From Nocardioidaceae bacterium (lineage in GTDB: Bacteria > Actinomycetota > Actinomycetes > Propionibacteriales > Nocardioidaceae): DNA of 64,000 nucleotides. The stretch is from assembly GCA_025966335.1 (NCBI GenBank), contig JAICRS010000001.1, forward strand, positions 5,613-69,612, written 5' to 3'. The notes below the pieces were generated by a model. The model did not search any database and had not been told where the DNA came from. It saw nothing but the letters and a program-made list of their open reading frames with translations. This document shows, one piece after another, positions 46,525-60,069 of the stretch; the first letter of the stretch is position 1, and each line of letters opens with the position of its first letter. The position numbers were made by a program, and so were the translations under genes.

Positions 46525-47349
46525 GTGCTCGACTTCCTCAAGGCCGTGGTCCTCGGGATGCTCCAGGGACTCACCGAGTTCCTGCCGATCTCGAGCAGCG
46601 CGCACCTGCGGATCTTCCCCGAGCTGTTCGGCTGGGGCGACCCCGGCGCCGCGTTCACCGCCGTGATCCAGATCGGCACCGAGCTCGCGGTACTCATCTA
46701 CTTCCGCAAGGACATCTGGCGGATCGCGTCGGCCTGGGTGCAGTCGCTCTACCGGCCGGACCTGCGCGGCACTCTCGACTCCCGGATGGGCTGGTACATC
46801 ATCGTCGGCTCGCTGCCGATCGTGATCCTCGGTGTGCTGCTCAAGGACATCATCGAGGAGGACTTCCGCAACCTGTGGATCATCGGCACCACGCTGATCG
46901 TCCTCGGGATCATCCTCGGCATCGCCGACCGGGTCGGCCGGAACGAACGCGCGATCACCCGGATGTCGCTCAGCCACGCCATCTATCTCGGCCTCGCGCA
47001 GGCGGCCGCACTGGTGCCGGGGGTGTCCCGTTCGGGCGCGACGATCAGCATGGGCCGGTTCCTCGGCTACGACCGGGAGGCCGCGACCAGGTTCGCGTTC
47101 CTGCTCGCCATCCCGGCGGTGGTCGGCGCGGGAATCTTCGAGCTCAAGGAGATCCCCGGCGGCGACAACGCCTACGGCCCGTGGCCCACCCTGGTCGCGA
47201 CGATCGTGTCGTTCCTCGTCGGGTACGCCGCGATCGCGTGGCTGCTGCGCTATGTGAGCACGAACTCGTACCTGCCGTTCGTGGTCTACCGGATCGCTCT
47301 GGGCGCCTTCACCCTGACCATGGTCAGCCTCGGTTACATGGCCGCCTGA
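46525..47349 (+). CDS. uppP: Undecaprenyl-diphosphate phosphatase
   Basis: QGLTEFLPISSSAHL, IQIGT, PGVSRSGATI, FAFLLAIP. Confidence 0.96.
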   Translation: MLDFLKAVVLGMLQGLTEFLPISSSAHLRIFPELFGWGDPGAAFTAVIQIGTELAVLIYFRKDIWRIASAWVQSLYRPDLRGTLDSRMGWYIIVGSLPIVILGVLLKDIIEEDFRNLWIIGTTLIVLGIILGIADRVGRNERAITRMSLSHAIYLGLAQAAALVPGVSRSGATISMGRFLGYDREAATRFAFLLAIPAVVGAGIFELKEIPGGDNAYGPWPTLVATIVSFLVGYAAIAWLLRYVSTNSYLPFVVYRIALGAFTLTMVSLGYMAA

Positions 47350-47353
47350 ACCG

Positions 47354-47401
47354 ACTTGTCAGGGTCTGCGTCCCCTATGGGGGCACTACGCCCTGACAAG
47401 T
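47354..47401. repeat. Intergenic palindrome/hairpin between convergent uppP and corA
   Basis: ACTTGTCAGGG...CCCC-tat-GGGG...CCCTGACAAGT. Confidence 0.7.
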
Positions 47402-47404
47402 GGG

Positions 47405-48385
47405 TCAGAGCCAGCCGGAGCGTTTGAAGAGGCGGTAGAGGGCCACCGAGGCGACCAGCATCAGCAGCAGGGCGAGGTAGTAGCCGTAGTCCCAGCCCAG
47501 CTCGGGCATGTTCTCGAAGTTCATCCCGTAGATGCCGGCGATCAGCGTGCCGACGGCGGCGATCGCGACCCAGGCGGAGATCTTCCGCATGTCCTCGTTC
47601 TGCTGCACGCTGATCCGTGCCAGTGCCGCGTCGAACGCCGAGGAGAGCAGCCCGTCGAGCGAGTCGATCGCCTCGGAGACCCGGACCACGTGGTCGGCGA
47701 CGTCCCGGAAGAACGGTGCCGCCTCGGCGGTGATCCCCGGGACGACGCCGGACGCGAACCGCTTCATCGGCTCCTTCAGCGGGTTCACCGCCCGGCGCAT
47801 CTCGGCCAGCTCGCGCTTCAGCACGTAGATCCGCGGCGCGTCGTCGCTGCGGGCGGGGGAGAACACCGAGGCCTCCACCTCGTCGACGTCCTCCTCGAGG
47901 GAGGAGGCGACCGACTCGTAGCTGTCGACCACCCGGTCGCAGATCGCGTAGACGACCGCCGACGGACCGTGCCCGAGGACCTGCGTCTTCCCCTCCAGAT
48001 CGAGCCGGGCCGAGTGCAGCTCGGTGCCCTCACCGTGCCGGACGCTGACCACGAAGTTCGGGCCCACGAACAGGTTGATCTCGCCGGTCTCCACGGCATC
48101 GAGCTCGTCGACGTACCAGAGTGTCTTGAGCACCAGGAACAGCGCGTCGTCGTACCGCTCGAGCTTGGGACGCTGGTGTGCCTTGAGCGCGTCCTCGACG
48201 GCGAGTGGGTGCAGCTCGAACAGCGACGAGACGGCGTCGAGCTCGTCGGCCGTCGGCTCGTGCAGTCCGACCCAGACGAAGTCGCCGTCGCCGCGGGCCG
48301 CGTCCCGGACCGCGCCAAGGTCCTCCCTCGGGCAGTCGACGGGGACCCGGACACCGTCGCGGTAGAGCGCGTTGTCAACGATCAC
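47405..48385 (-). CDS. corA: Magnesium/cobalt transporter CorA
   Basis: FVWVGLHEP, LHPLAVED, HQRPKLE, QNEDMRKIS, YGMNF signature, MPEL. Confidence 0.95.
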   Translation of the reverse strand: MIVDNALYRDGVRVPVDCPREDLGAVRDAARGDGDFVWVGLHEPTADELDAVSSLFELHPLAVEDALKAHQRPKLERYDDALFLVLKTLWYVDELDAVETGEINLFVGPNFVVSVRHGEGTELHSARLDLEGKTQVLGHGPSAVVYAICDRVVDSYESVASSLEEDVDEVEASVFSPARSDDAPRIYVLKRELAEMRRAVNPLKEPMKRFASGVVPGITAEAAPFFRDVADHVVRVSEAIDSLDGLLSSAFDAALARISVQQNEDMRKISAWVAIAAVGTLIAGIYGMNFENMPELGWDYGYYLALLLMLVASVALYRLFKRSGWL

Positions 48386-48417
48386 CCGCTCAGGTTACGG
48401 CCACTACGCTCTGAGCC

Positions 48418-49125
48418 ATGGCAACTGTGATCCTGGCCCGGCACGGACGCACCACCGCGAACGCCACCGGTGTCCTCGCCGGCCGCGGCAAGGGTGTGCA
48501 CCTCGACGAGCTCGGCCTGGCGCAGGCCCGATCGGCGGGGGAGCGGCTGGCCGGCCTGCCACTCGCGGCCGTGGTGACCAGCCCGCTCGAGCGATGCCGG
48601 GAGACGGCCCGGGAGATCAACGCGCTGCAGCCGGCGCCGCTGAAGGTCGCCACCGAGCGCGGTCTGCTCGAGTGCGACTACGGCAGCTGGACCGGCCGGG
48701 AGCTGAAGTCGCTGGCGAAGGAGAAGCTGTGGCAGACCGTGCAGGCCCATCCGGCCAACGCTCGGTTCCCCGAGGGGGAGTCGATGGCCCAGATGATGGC
48801 GCGCAGCGTCGCGGCGGTGCGCCACTGGGACGCGCGGCTGGAGGAGCAGCACGGCCCGGACGCGGTGTGGCTCGCGGTCAGCCACGGGGACGTGATCAAG
48901 TCGATCCTCGCGGATGCGCTCGGCATGCACCTGGACCTGTTCCAGCGGATCGTCGCCGACCCGGGTTCGCTCTCGGTGATCCGGTACACCGCGCTGCGTC
49001 CGTTCGTGGTGTCGGTGAACTCGCACGCCGGCGACCTGTCGGTCCTGAAGGTCAAGAAGCGGCGCCGCCGGCGCGGGGACAGCGATGCCGTCGTCGGTGG
49101 CGGTGCCGGCGGCCGGACCGCATAG
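48418..49125 (+). CDS. Histidine phosphatase family protein (MSMEG_4193-type putative phosphomutase)
   Basis: LARHGRT, SPLERCRETA, ECDYGSW, SHGDVIK; lies in the mshC neighbourhood. Confidence 0.9.
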   Translation: MATVILARHGRTTANATGVLAGRGKGVHLDELGLAQARSAGERLAGLPLAAVVTSPLERCRETAREINALQPAPLKVATERGLLECDYGSWTGRELKSLAKEKLWQTVQAHPANARFPEGESMAQMMARSVAAVRHWDARLEEQHGPDAVWLAVSHGDVIKSILADALGMHLDLFQRIVADPGSLSVIRYTALRPFVVSVNSHAGDLSVLKVKKRRRRRGDSDAVVGGGAGGRTA

Positions 49126-49135
49126 GGTCGGATCC

Positions 49136-49723
49136 ATGGCTCCCGTAGTGCACAGCTTCGACCCGCCGGAACGTTTCGTGGCCGGGACTGTCGGCCCGCC
49201 CGGACAACGCACCTTCTTCCTGCAGGCGCGCTCCGGACCGCGGGTCACCAGCGTCGCCTTGGAGAAGCAGCAGGTCTCGGTGCTCGCCGAGCGGATCGAC
49301 GAGCTGCTCGACGAGGTGATGCGCGCGGGGGAGGGTGAGGCCACGGTCCCGGCGGTGGCGCCGGTCGGACTGGAGGACGGTGACCCGCTCGAGCAGCCGA
49401 TCGTCGAGGAGTTCCGGGCGGGCACGATGACCCTGTCCTGGGACGCCGCCGACGAACGGATCGTGGTCGAGGTGTTCCCGTTCACCGAGGAGGCGCTGAT
49501 CAGCCCGGACCAGCCGGAGGAGGAGATCGACGAGCCGGACCCCGAGGAGATCCTCCTCGTCCGGCTCCCCGCGGGGCTCGCCCGCGCCTTCACCAAGCGG
49601 GCCCTGTCCGTGGTCGCCGCGGGGCGCGCTCCGTGCCCCTTCTGCGGCGGACCGGTCGACCCCGAAGGCCACCTGTGCCCCCGCGCCAACGGGTTCCGCC
49701 GCACCGGTGGATCACCCGCGTGA
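49136..49723 (+). CDS. DUF3090 family protein
   Basis: FDPPERFVAGTVGPPGQRTFFLQA, ALEKQQV, C-terminal GRAPCPFCG..DPEGHLCPRANG. Confidence 0.9.
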   Translation: MAPVVHSFDPPERFVAGTVGPPGQRTFFLQARSGPRVTSVALEKQQVSVLAERIDELLDEVMRAGEGEATVPAVAPVGLEDGDPLEQPIVEEFRAGTMTLSWDAADERIVVEVFPFTEEALISPDQPEEEIDEPDPEEILLVRLPAGLARAFTKRALSVVAAGRAPCPFCGGPVDPEGHLCPRANGFRRTGGSPA

Positions 49724-50507
49724 CGAGCTCGCCGTCCTCACCGGCGGCGAGCTCGAGCTCAAGGGCAGGATCCTGCCGGCCTCCAACCTGACCTTCTTCG
49801 GCGAGGTGAGCCTGGACCAGCGGTCGGTGCGGTGTGTCTACAAGCCGGTGACCGGCGAGCGTCCGCTGTGGGACTTCCCCGACGGGACGCTGGCGGGCCG
49901 GGAGGTCGCTGCCTACACCGTCTCGGAGGCGCTCGGCTGGGACGTGGTCCCGCTGACGGTGCTCCGCGACGGACCGGCCGGCAGCGGCATGGTCCAGATC
50001 TGGCGGGAACCGGACCCGGACCAGGACCCGATCGACATCGTCCCCGTCGGCAGCGTCCCGGACGGCTACCGGCACGTGCTGGACGCCGTCGACGGAGCCG
50101 ACCGCCCGGTGTCCCTGGTGCACGAGGACAGCGCGCCGCTGCGCCGGATGGCGGTGTTCGACGCGGTGGTGAACAACGCCGACCGCAAGGGCGGCCACGT
50201 CCTGGCGATGACCGACGGTCACCGGTTCGGCGTCGACCACGGGGTCACCTTCCACATCGACGACAAGCTGCGGACCGTCTTGTGGGGCTGGGCCGACGAG
50301 GCGCTCGACCCGGCCGACGGGCAGGCGCTCGAAGCGCTCATCGAGGACCTCGAGGACGCGCGAAGCGAGCTGGCCGGCACCCTGAACCGGCTGCTGGCCG
50401 CGGAGGAGGTGCGGGCGCTGCGGACCCGGTCCCGACGGCTCCTCGACGCCGGCCGCATGCCGCTGCCGTCGGGACAATGGCCGGCAATCCCGTGGCCTGC
50501 CTTCTAG
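49707..50507 (+). CDS. SCO1664 family protein (PI3/4-kinase-like fold)
   Basis: ASNLTF, VYKPVTGERPLWDFPDGTLAGRE, NNADRKGGH, DHG, LRTVLWGW, WPAIPWPAF. Confidence 0.9.
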   Translation: MDHPRDELAVLTGGELELKGRILPASNLTFFGEVSLDQRSVRCVYKPVTGERPLWDFPDGTLAGREVAAYTVSEALGWDVVPLTVLRDGPAGSGMVQIWREPDPDQDPIDIVPVGSVPDGYRHVLDAVDGADRPVSLVHEDSAPLRRMAVFDAVVNNADRKGGHVLAMTDGHRFGVDHGVTFHIDDKLRTVLWGWADEALDPADGQALEALIEDLEDARSELAGTLNRLLAAEEVRALRTRSRRLLDAGRMPLPSGQWPAIPWPAF

Positions 50508-50530
50508 CGTCGGTTGGCTAGGCTGCGCAC

Positions 50531-51754
50531 ATGCGCGCCTGGCCCACCACCGATGTTCCGAAGCTCGAGGGCTTCGGATCTGCACCCGCCGTCCACGTCT
50601 TCAACACCGCCACCGGAACCGTCGAGCCGACGACGCCGCAGGGCCGGGCCCGGATGTACGTCTGCGGGATCACCCCCTACGACGCCACCCACGTCGGCCA
50701 CGCGGCGACCTATGTCGCTTTCGACCTGCTGAACCGCGCCTGGCGCGACGCCGGCCACGAGGTCAGCTACGTGCAGAACGTCACCGACGTGGACGACCCC
50801 CTGCTGGAACGGGCCACCGCCACCGGCGTCGACTGGGCGGACCTGGCCGAGCGCGAGACCGAGCTGTTCCGGGAGGACATGACCGCGCTGCGGGTGCTCC
50901 CGCCCGACGAGTACGTCGGAGCCGTCGAGTCCATCCCGCTCGTCGTCGAGGTGATCCAGCAGCTGCGCGACAAGGGCTTCGTGTACGACGTCGAGGGCGA
51001 CCTGTACTTCGCCGTGCATTCCGACCCCCGTTTCGGGGAGGTCTCCGGGCTCAGCGAGCAGGAGATGCTGGCGGTGTTCGGTGAGCGCGGGGGAGACCCG
51101 GACCGCCCCGGCAAGAAGCACGCGCTGGACTGCCTGCTCTGGCAGGCCGAACGCCCCGGCGAGCCGGCCTGGGACTCGGTGCTGGGTCGAGGCAGACCCG
51201 GCTGGCACATCGAGTGCTCCGCGATCGCGCTGCGCTTCCTGGGCGAGGGCTTCGACGTCCAGGGCGGGGGCAGCGACCTCGCGTTCCCGCACCACGAGAT
51301 GAGCGCGTCCGAGGCACAGGCCGCTTTCGACGGCCTCACCTTCGCCCGGGCCTACCTGCACGCCGGCATGGTCGGCTACCAGGGCGAGAAGATGTCGAAG
51401 TCCAAGGGGAACCTGGTCTTCGTCTCCACGCTGCGTGAGTCGGGGACCGACCCGATGGCGATCCGGCTCGCCCTCCTTGCCCGGCACTACCGCGCGGACT
51501 GGGAGTGGACCGATGCCGACCTGGAGCGGGCCGAGGCACGCCTCGCCTCCTGGCGTGACGCGGTGCAGCACGCCTCCGACCAGCACGCACGACAGCTGGT
51601 GGACGTCGTACGCACCTGCCTGGCCGCCGACCTCGACGCACCGGCCGCGCTGGCCGCGATCGACGCGGGGGCGGCCGGCTGGCACGACGGCGACGGCGCG
51701 GGCGCGGACACCGTGCAGCGGCTGCTCGACGCCAGGCTCGGGGTCCGGCTCTAG
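50531..51754 (+). CDS. mshC: Cysteine:GlcN-Ins ligase (mycothiol biosynthesis)
   Basis: [61 protein letters not shown]; no tRNA-anticodon domain. Confidence 0.95.
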   Translation: MRAWPTTDVPKLEGFGSAPAVHVFNTATGTVEPTTPQGRARMYVCGITPYDATHVGHAATYVAFDLLNRAWRDAGHEVSYVQNVTDVDDPLLERATATGVDWADLAERETELFREDMTALRVLPPDEYVGAVESIPLVVEVIQQLRDKGFVYDVEGDLYFAVHSDPRFGEVSGLSEQEMLAVFGERGGDPDRPGKKHALDCLLWQAERPGEPAWDSVLGRGRPGWHIECSAIALRFLGEGFDVQGGGSDLAFPHHEMSASEAQAAFDGLTFARAYLHAGMVGYQGEKMSKSKGNLVFVSTLRESGTDPMAIRLALLARHYRADWEWTDADLERAEARLASWRDAVQHASDQHARQLVDVVRTCLAADLDAPAALAAIDAGAAGWHDGDGAGADTVQRLLDARLGVRL

Positions 51755-51769
51755 CTGGGCCGGCCGCGG

Positions 51770-52621
51770 CTACCCGTCGTCGGTCTCGCGGCGCTTGAGG
51801 TACCGCTCGAACTCACGCGCGATGGCCTCGCCGCTCGCCTCCGGAAGCTCCGCGGTGTCGCGGGTCTCCTCGAGCGCACGGACGTAGTCGCCGATCTCCT
51901 CGTCCTCCTCCGCGAGCTCGTCGACCCCGCGCTCCCAGGCCCGGGCCTCCTCCGGCAGGTCCGCCAGCGGGATGCTGATCTCCAGCAGGTCCTCGAGCTG
52001 GCCGAGCAGCGCCAGGGTCGCCTTGGGGCACGGCGGCTGCGCCACGTAGTGGGGGACCGCTGCCCAGTAGGAGACGGCCGGCACGTCCATCTGCGTGCAG
52101 GCGTCCTGGAACACACCGACGATGCCGGTGGGTCCCTCGTAGTTGGACTGCTCGAGCTTGAGCCGGTCGGCGAGGTCGGGCTCGGTGGCCGTGCCGGTGA
52201 CCGGGATCGGGCGCGTGTGCGGGGTGTCGGCCAGCAACGCGCCGAGGGTCACCACCAGCTCGGTGCCCAGCTCGTCGGAGGCCGCGAGCAGCTCGGCGCA
52301 GAACTGCCGCCAGCGCATGTTCGGCTCGATGCCGCGCAGCAGCACCACGTCGCGCGAGGCGCCCGGCGGTCGGGCGACCGAGATCTGGGTCGAGGGCCAG
52401 GTGATCCGGCGCATGCCGGAGTCGTTCGTGCCTACCACCGGCCGGTTCATCTGGAAGTCGTAGAAGTCCTCGGGATCGATGGCGGCGACCACCTTGGCGT
52501 CCCAGACCTTGATCAGGTGGTCGACCACGGAGGACGCCGCATCCGCGGCATCGTTCCAGCCCTCGAAGGCGGCGATGAGAACCGGTGACACCAGCTCCGG
52601 GACTTCTTCGATCTCGATCAC
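51770..52621 (-). CDS. PAC2 (proteasome assembly chaperone-like) family protein
   Basis: AAFEGWNDAA, IDPEDFYDFQ..RP, GIEPNMRW, LGALLADTPHTRP, YEGPTGI, WAAVPHY, IAREFERYL. Confidence 0.92.
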   Translation of the reverse strand: MIEIEEVPELVSPVLIAAFEGWNDAADAASSVVDHLIKVWDAKVVAAIDPEDFYDFQMNRPVVGTNDSGMRRITWPSTQISVARPPGASRDVVLLRGIEPNMRWRQFCAELLAASDELGTELVVTLGALLADTPHTRPIPVTGTATEPDLADRLKLEQSNYEGPTGIVGVFQDACTQMDVPAVSYWAAVPHYVAQPPCPKATLALLGQLEDLLEISIPLADLPEEARAWERGVDELAEEDEEIGDYVRALEETRDTAELPEASGEAIAREFERYLKRRETDDG

Positions 52622-52825
52622 CCGGACAGCCTAGTGCGCGACCGGCGCCGGGGCGGCCGGGACGGTGTGCGACGCGGACGGGATTTCTCCGGGCTGACAC
52701 ACTGTGAGACAGCGATGTCAGGATGCGATACGTACGTCGGCCCGCGACGCCGCCGCCCCTATCGTGACTGAGACGCCTCGTCGACGGACCGTCGACGCGC
52801 CCCGACCCGGACAAGGACGCCCCTG

Positions 52826-56569
<3,744 letters not shown>

Positions 56570-56578
56570 CGGCGGCCC

Positions 56579-57238
56579 GTGCACGATCCCTGGCCGGCGG
56601 CCGTCCTGTGGGACATGGACGGGACCCTCGTCGACACCGAGCCCTATTGGATCGAGTCCGAGTTCGAGCTGGTCGAGCAGCACGGCGGCACCTGGAGCCG
56701 CGAGCACGCGCTGAACCTGGTCGGCAACGACCTGCTCGTCTCCGGCCGTTACATCCGCGAGCACGCCGGCATCGACGTCGAGCCGGACCGGATCGTCGAG
56801 GAGCTGCTCGACCGGGTGGTCGCCCGGGTGGAGCGGCGGGTCCCGTGGCGCCCGGGGGCGGTCGACCTGCTGGTCGACCTGCGCGCCCACGACGTGCGGT
56901 GCGCGCTGGTCACGATGTCCTACCGGCGCTTCGTCGAGCCGATCCTGCGAGTCCTGCCCGAGGGCACCTTCGAGGTGGTGGTCACCGGTGACGCGGTCAC
57001 CCAGGGAAAACCGCATCCCGAGCCCTACCAGAAGGCGGCCGCCGTCCTCGGTGTCCCGCCGGCCGCCACCCTGGCGATCGAGGACTCGAACACCGGTGCC
57101 CGCTCGGCCGAGGCCGCCGGCTGCACGGTCCTGGTCGTTCCCAACCACGTGCCGGTGCTTCCCGGGCCACGGCGCGTGTTCGCCGACACACTGGACGAGT
57201 TGGACTATTCGACCCTGCCGCGACCGATATCCGGCTAA
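56579..57238 (+). CDS. HAD family phosphatase
   Basis: WDMDGTLVDTE, LVTMS, GKPHPEPY, IEDSNTG. Confidence 0.92.
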   Translation: MHDPWPAAVLWDMDGTLVDTEPYWIESEFELVEQHGGTWSREHALNLVGNDLLVSGRYIREHAGIDVEPDRIVEELLDRVVARVERRVPWRPGAVDLLVDLRAHDVRCALVTMSYRRFVEPILRVLPEGTFEVVVTGDAVTQGKPHPEPYQKAAAVLGVPPAATLAIEDSNTGARSAEAAGCTVLVVPNHVPVLPGPRRVFADTLDELDYSTLPRPISG

Positions 57239-57362
57239 TCGTTGCCAGATTGCGACCGTGTCCCGGCCGCGATGTTGTGGAACAGGCCCGACTCGTGAGA
57301 GTAATGTCCACGGCACTCCGCTCCTACATCCGTGTAGGAGCATGTATTCGTGAGGTGGAAAG

Positions 57363-58982
57363 TTGAACCGCAGACGAGGACTACTGGCAGTCGCCAGTGC
57401 GGGCGTCTTGATCGCCACGCTTGCAGCGTGTGGTGACGATGCGTCCAATGGAAACGATGGCGCCAGTGGCTCCGGCGAGAGCTGGATTCTCGGTACGACC
57501 GAGTCCGTCACCGCCATGGACCCCGCCGGGTCGTACGACTTCGGCTCGTGGAACATGCAGTACAACATCTTCGAGCAGCTGATGACCGTCCCCGCCGGCC
57601 AGAGCGAGCCGCAGGGCGACGCCGCCGAGTCGTGCGAGTACGACGACGCGCAGACCGTCACCTGCACGCTCAAGGACGGCCTCAAGTTCTCCAACGGCCA
57701 CGACCTCACCTCCTCGGACGTGAAGTTCTCCCTGGAGCGCAACATCAGCATCGCGGACCCCAACGGCTCCTCGGTGCTGCTGGGCTCCATCATCGAGCCC
57801 GACTCGGACCCCCAAGCCGTGGCCGAGGGCGCGATCGAGACCCCGGACGACAAGACGATCGTCTTCCACCTGAACAAGCCGGACACCACGTTCATCAAGG
57901 TGCTGTCGACCGCGACCACGTCGATCGTCGACGAGGAGGTCTTCCCGGCCGACAAGCTGCTCGGTGACGACCAGGTCGTCGGCTCGGGCCCCTACAAGCT
58001 CAGCCAGTACAAGCCCGGCGAGCAGGCGGTCCTCGAGGCGAACGAGACCTACGAGGGCGACCGCGCCCCGCAGAGCCCGCAGATCTTCGTCACCTACTTC
58101 AGTGACACGGCTCCGCTCAAGCAGGCCGTCGAGAGCGGCCAGGTCGACATCGCCTGGCGCACGCTCAGCCCGACCGACCTCAACGACCTCGAGGGCAGCG
58201 ACTCCGTCGAGGTGATCAAGGGCGAGGGCTCGGAGTTCCGCTACTGGGTCGCGCAGATGAACAACCCGGTCGTCGGGGACACCCCCGAGGGCAAGGCGGT
58301 CCGCCAGGCGGCCGCGCAGATCATCGACCGCGCTGCGATCGCGCAGGACTCCTACAGCGGCACCGTCGAGCCTGCCTACTCCATCGTTCCCCCGGGCTTC
58401 GGTGGCCAGAAGGACTCGTTCGAGACCAAGTACGGCGAGCCGAGTGTCGAGGCCGCCGAGAAGCTGCTCGCCGACGCCGGTGTGCAGACGCCGGTCAAGC
58501 TGACGCTGGGCTACACGCCGACCCACTACGGACCGAACGCTGTCGACGAGGCCACCCAGTTCGCAGCACAGCTCAACGACAGCGGGCTGTTCGACGTGAA
58601 CACCCAGGACGCCGAGTGGGAGCAGTACCAGACGCTCTACAAGGAAGGCGCCTACGACCTGTTCATCCTCGGCTGGTACCCCGACATCCTGGACGCGGAC
58701 AACTACCTGACCCCGTTCATCCGGGACGGTGGCTTCTACGCCAACGGGTACTCCAACCCTGAGGTCAACGAGCTGCTCGACGCCGAGCTCGCGGAGACCG
58801 ACACCGGCGAGCGCGAGGAGATCATCGGCGAGCTGCAGGACATCGTGGCCGAGGACGTGCCGCTGATCCCGTCGTGGAACGGTCAGAACGTGGCCGTGGC
58901 GAACAACAGCATGGAAGGCGTCGCGGACACCCTCGACCCGACGTACATCTTCCGGTTCTGGATGATCAGCAAGAACGGTTAG
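57363..58982 (+). CDS. Peptide/nickel-type ABC transporter substrate-binding lipoprotein (family 5)
   Basis: Lipobox LAAC; LKDGLKFSNG..LTSSDVKFS, GSGPYKL, VRQA, GWYPD. Confidence 0.92.
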   Translation: MNRRRGLLAVASAGVLIATLAACGDDASNGNDGASGSGESWILGTTESVTAMDPAGSYDFGSWNMQYNIFEQLMTVPAGQSEPQGDAAESCEYDDAQTVTCTLKDGLKFSNGHDLTSSDVKFSLERNISIADPNGSSVLLGSIIEPDSDPQAVAEGAIETPDDKTIVFHLNKPDTTFIKVLSTATTSIVDEEVFPADKLLGDDQVVGSGPYKLSQYKPGEQAVLEANETYEGDRAPQSPQIFVTYFSDTAPLKQAVESGQVDIAWRTLSPTDLNDLEGSDSVEVIKGEGSEFRYWVAQMNNPVVGDTPEGKAVRQAAAQIIDRAAIAQDSYSGTVEPAYSIVPPGFGGQKDSFETKYGEPSVEAAEKLLADAGVQTPVKLTLGYTPTHYGPNAVDEATQFAAQLNDSGLFDVNTQDAEWEQYQTLYKEGAYDLFILGWYPDILDADNYLTPFIRDGGFYANGYSNPEVNELLDAELAETDTGEREEIIGELQDIVAEDVPLIPSWNGQNVAVANNSMEGVADTLDPTYIFRFWMISKNG

Positions 58983-58989
58983 CTCAGCG

Positions 58990-59025
58990 AAGGGGGAGGA
59001 CGTGCGAGGGCGCGTCCTCCCTTTT
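58990..59025 (+). terminator. Intra-operon hairpin after the substrate-binding gene (partial terminator or mRNA stabiliser)
   Basis: GGGAGGACGTGC-gagg-GCGCGTCCTCCC followed by TTTT. Confidence 0.65.
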
Positions 59026-59046
59026 CCCCTGTCAGGAAGGAACCAG

Positions 59047-60069
59047 ATGAGCGCGGGATCGGGATCGCTGCCTCGTTACATTCTCCAGCGGCTGCTGCTG
59101 ATCATTCCCATGATGTGGGTCCTGATCACCGTCGTGTTCATCCTGCTCCGGGTTGCTCCGGGTGACCCGGTCTCGGCGGCCGTGGGCGGCAAGCTCGACG
59201 AGGAGGCGCTGGACCAGCGTCGCGCCGCGCTCGGCCTGGACCGGCCGTTGTACGTGCAGTACCTGGAGTACCTCGGGAACGTGGTCCGGCTGAACTTCGG
59301 CGAGACCATCTCCGACAACCGGCCGATCATCAACATCATCCGCGACAACGGCGGCGCCACGCTGACGCTGACGCTCGGCGCCTTTCTGTTCGCGCTGCTG
59401 ATCGGCATCCCGCTCGGACTGTACGCCGGCCGGCGCCGCGACACCGCCTCGGACGTGTCCATCCGGATCTTCGGCGTGATCACCTACGCCGCCCCGATCT
59501 TCTGGACCGGGCTGCTGCTGGTCATCCTGGTCGCCCCCACCGGGTGGCCGACCTTCGACATCGCCTCACCGATCACCAAGTTCGAGGTGGAACCGGTCAC
59601 CCGGATCATCCTCGTGGACGCGATGATCGCCGGGAACTGGGACGCCGTCATCGACATCCTGCAGCACCATGTGCTGCCCTGCTTCACGCTCGGGCTGCTG
59701 CTCGCCGGTGTCTTCATCCGGCTGGTCCGGGTGAACATCCTCCAGACGCTCAAGGATGACTACGTCGAAGCCGCCCGCGCCCGCGGCATCGCCGAGCGGC
59801 ACGTGATCCGGCGGCACGCGTTCCGCAACGCGCTGGTGCCGGTGATCACCGTGATCGGCCTCCAGGTGGCGTTGACGATGTCCGGTGCCATCCTGACCGA
59901 GAAGACGTTCAACTGGCCAGGGCTCGGCACCCAGCTGGTCGACTACCTGACCGCGCGCGACTACGCCGCGGTGCAGGGCATCGTCACGTTCATCGCGATC
60001 GTCGTGGTGATCACCAGCGTGCTGGTCGACGTCCTCAACGCCGTGATCGACCCCCGAGTGAGGTACTGA
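59047..60069 (+). CDS. Peptide ABC transporter permease (DppB/OppB-like)
   Basis: PGDP, LGLDRPLYVQY, DYVEAARARG, HAFRNALVP, EKTFNWPGLG. Confidence 0.92.
   Translation: MSAGSGSLPRYILQRLLLIIPMMWVLITVVFILLRVAPGDPVSAAVGGKLDEEALDQRRAALGLDRPLYVQYLEYLGNVVRLNFGETISDNRPIINIIRDNGGATLTLTLGAFLFALLIGIPLGLYAGRRRDTASDVSIRIFGVITYAAPIFWTGLLLVILVAPTGWPTFDIASPITKFEVEPVTRIILVDAMIAGNWDAVIDILQHHVLPCFTLGLLLAGVFIRLVRVNILQTLKDDYVEAARARGIAERHVIRRHAFRNALVPVITVIGLQVALTMSGAILTEKTFNWPGLGTQLVDYLTARDYAAVQGIVTFIAIVVVITSVLVDVLNAVIDPRVRY

Noticed and set aside
48418-52621. Phosphomutase-DUF3090-SCO1664-mshC-PAC2 cluster as a novel system
   Set aside because: This is a long-recognised conserved actinobacterial neighbourhood. 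Functions are partly unknown, but nothing here departs from the usual arrangement.
52622-52825. Cobalamin, SAM or SAH riboswitch upstream of metH
   Set aside because: Only a short hairpin (CGTCGACG-gac-CGTCGACG) is visible. I could not find the B12-box or SAH/SAM consensus elements; cmscan would settle it.
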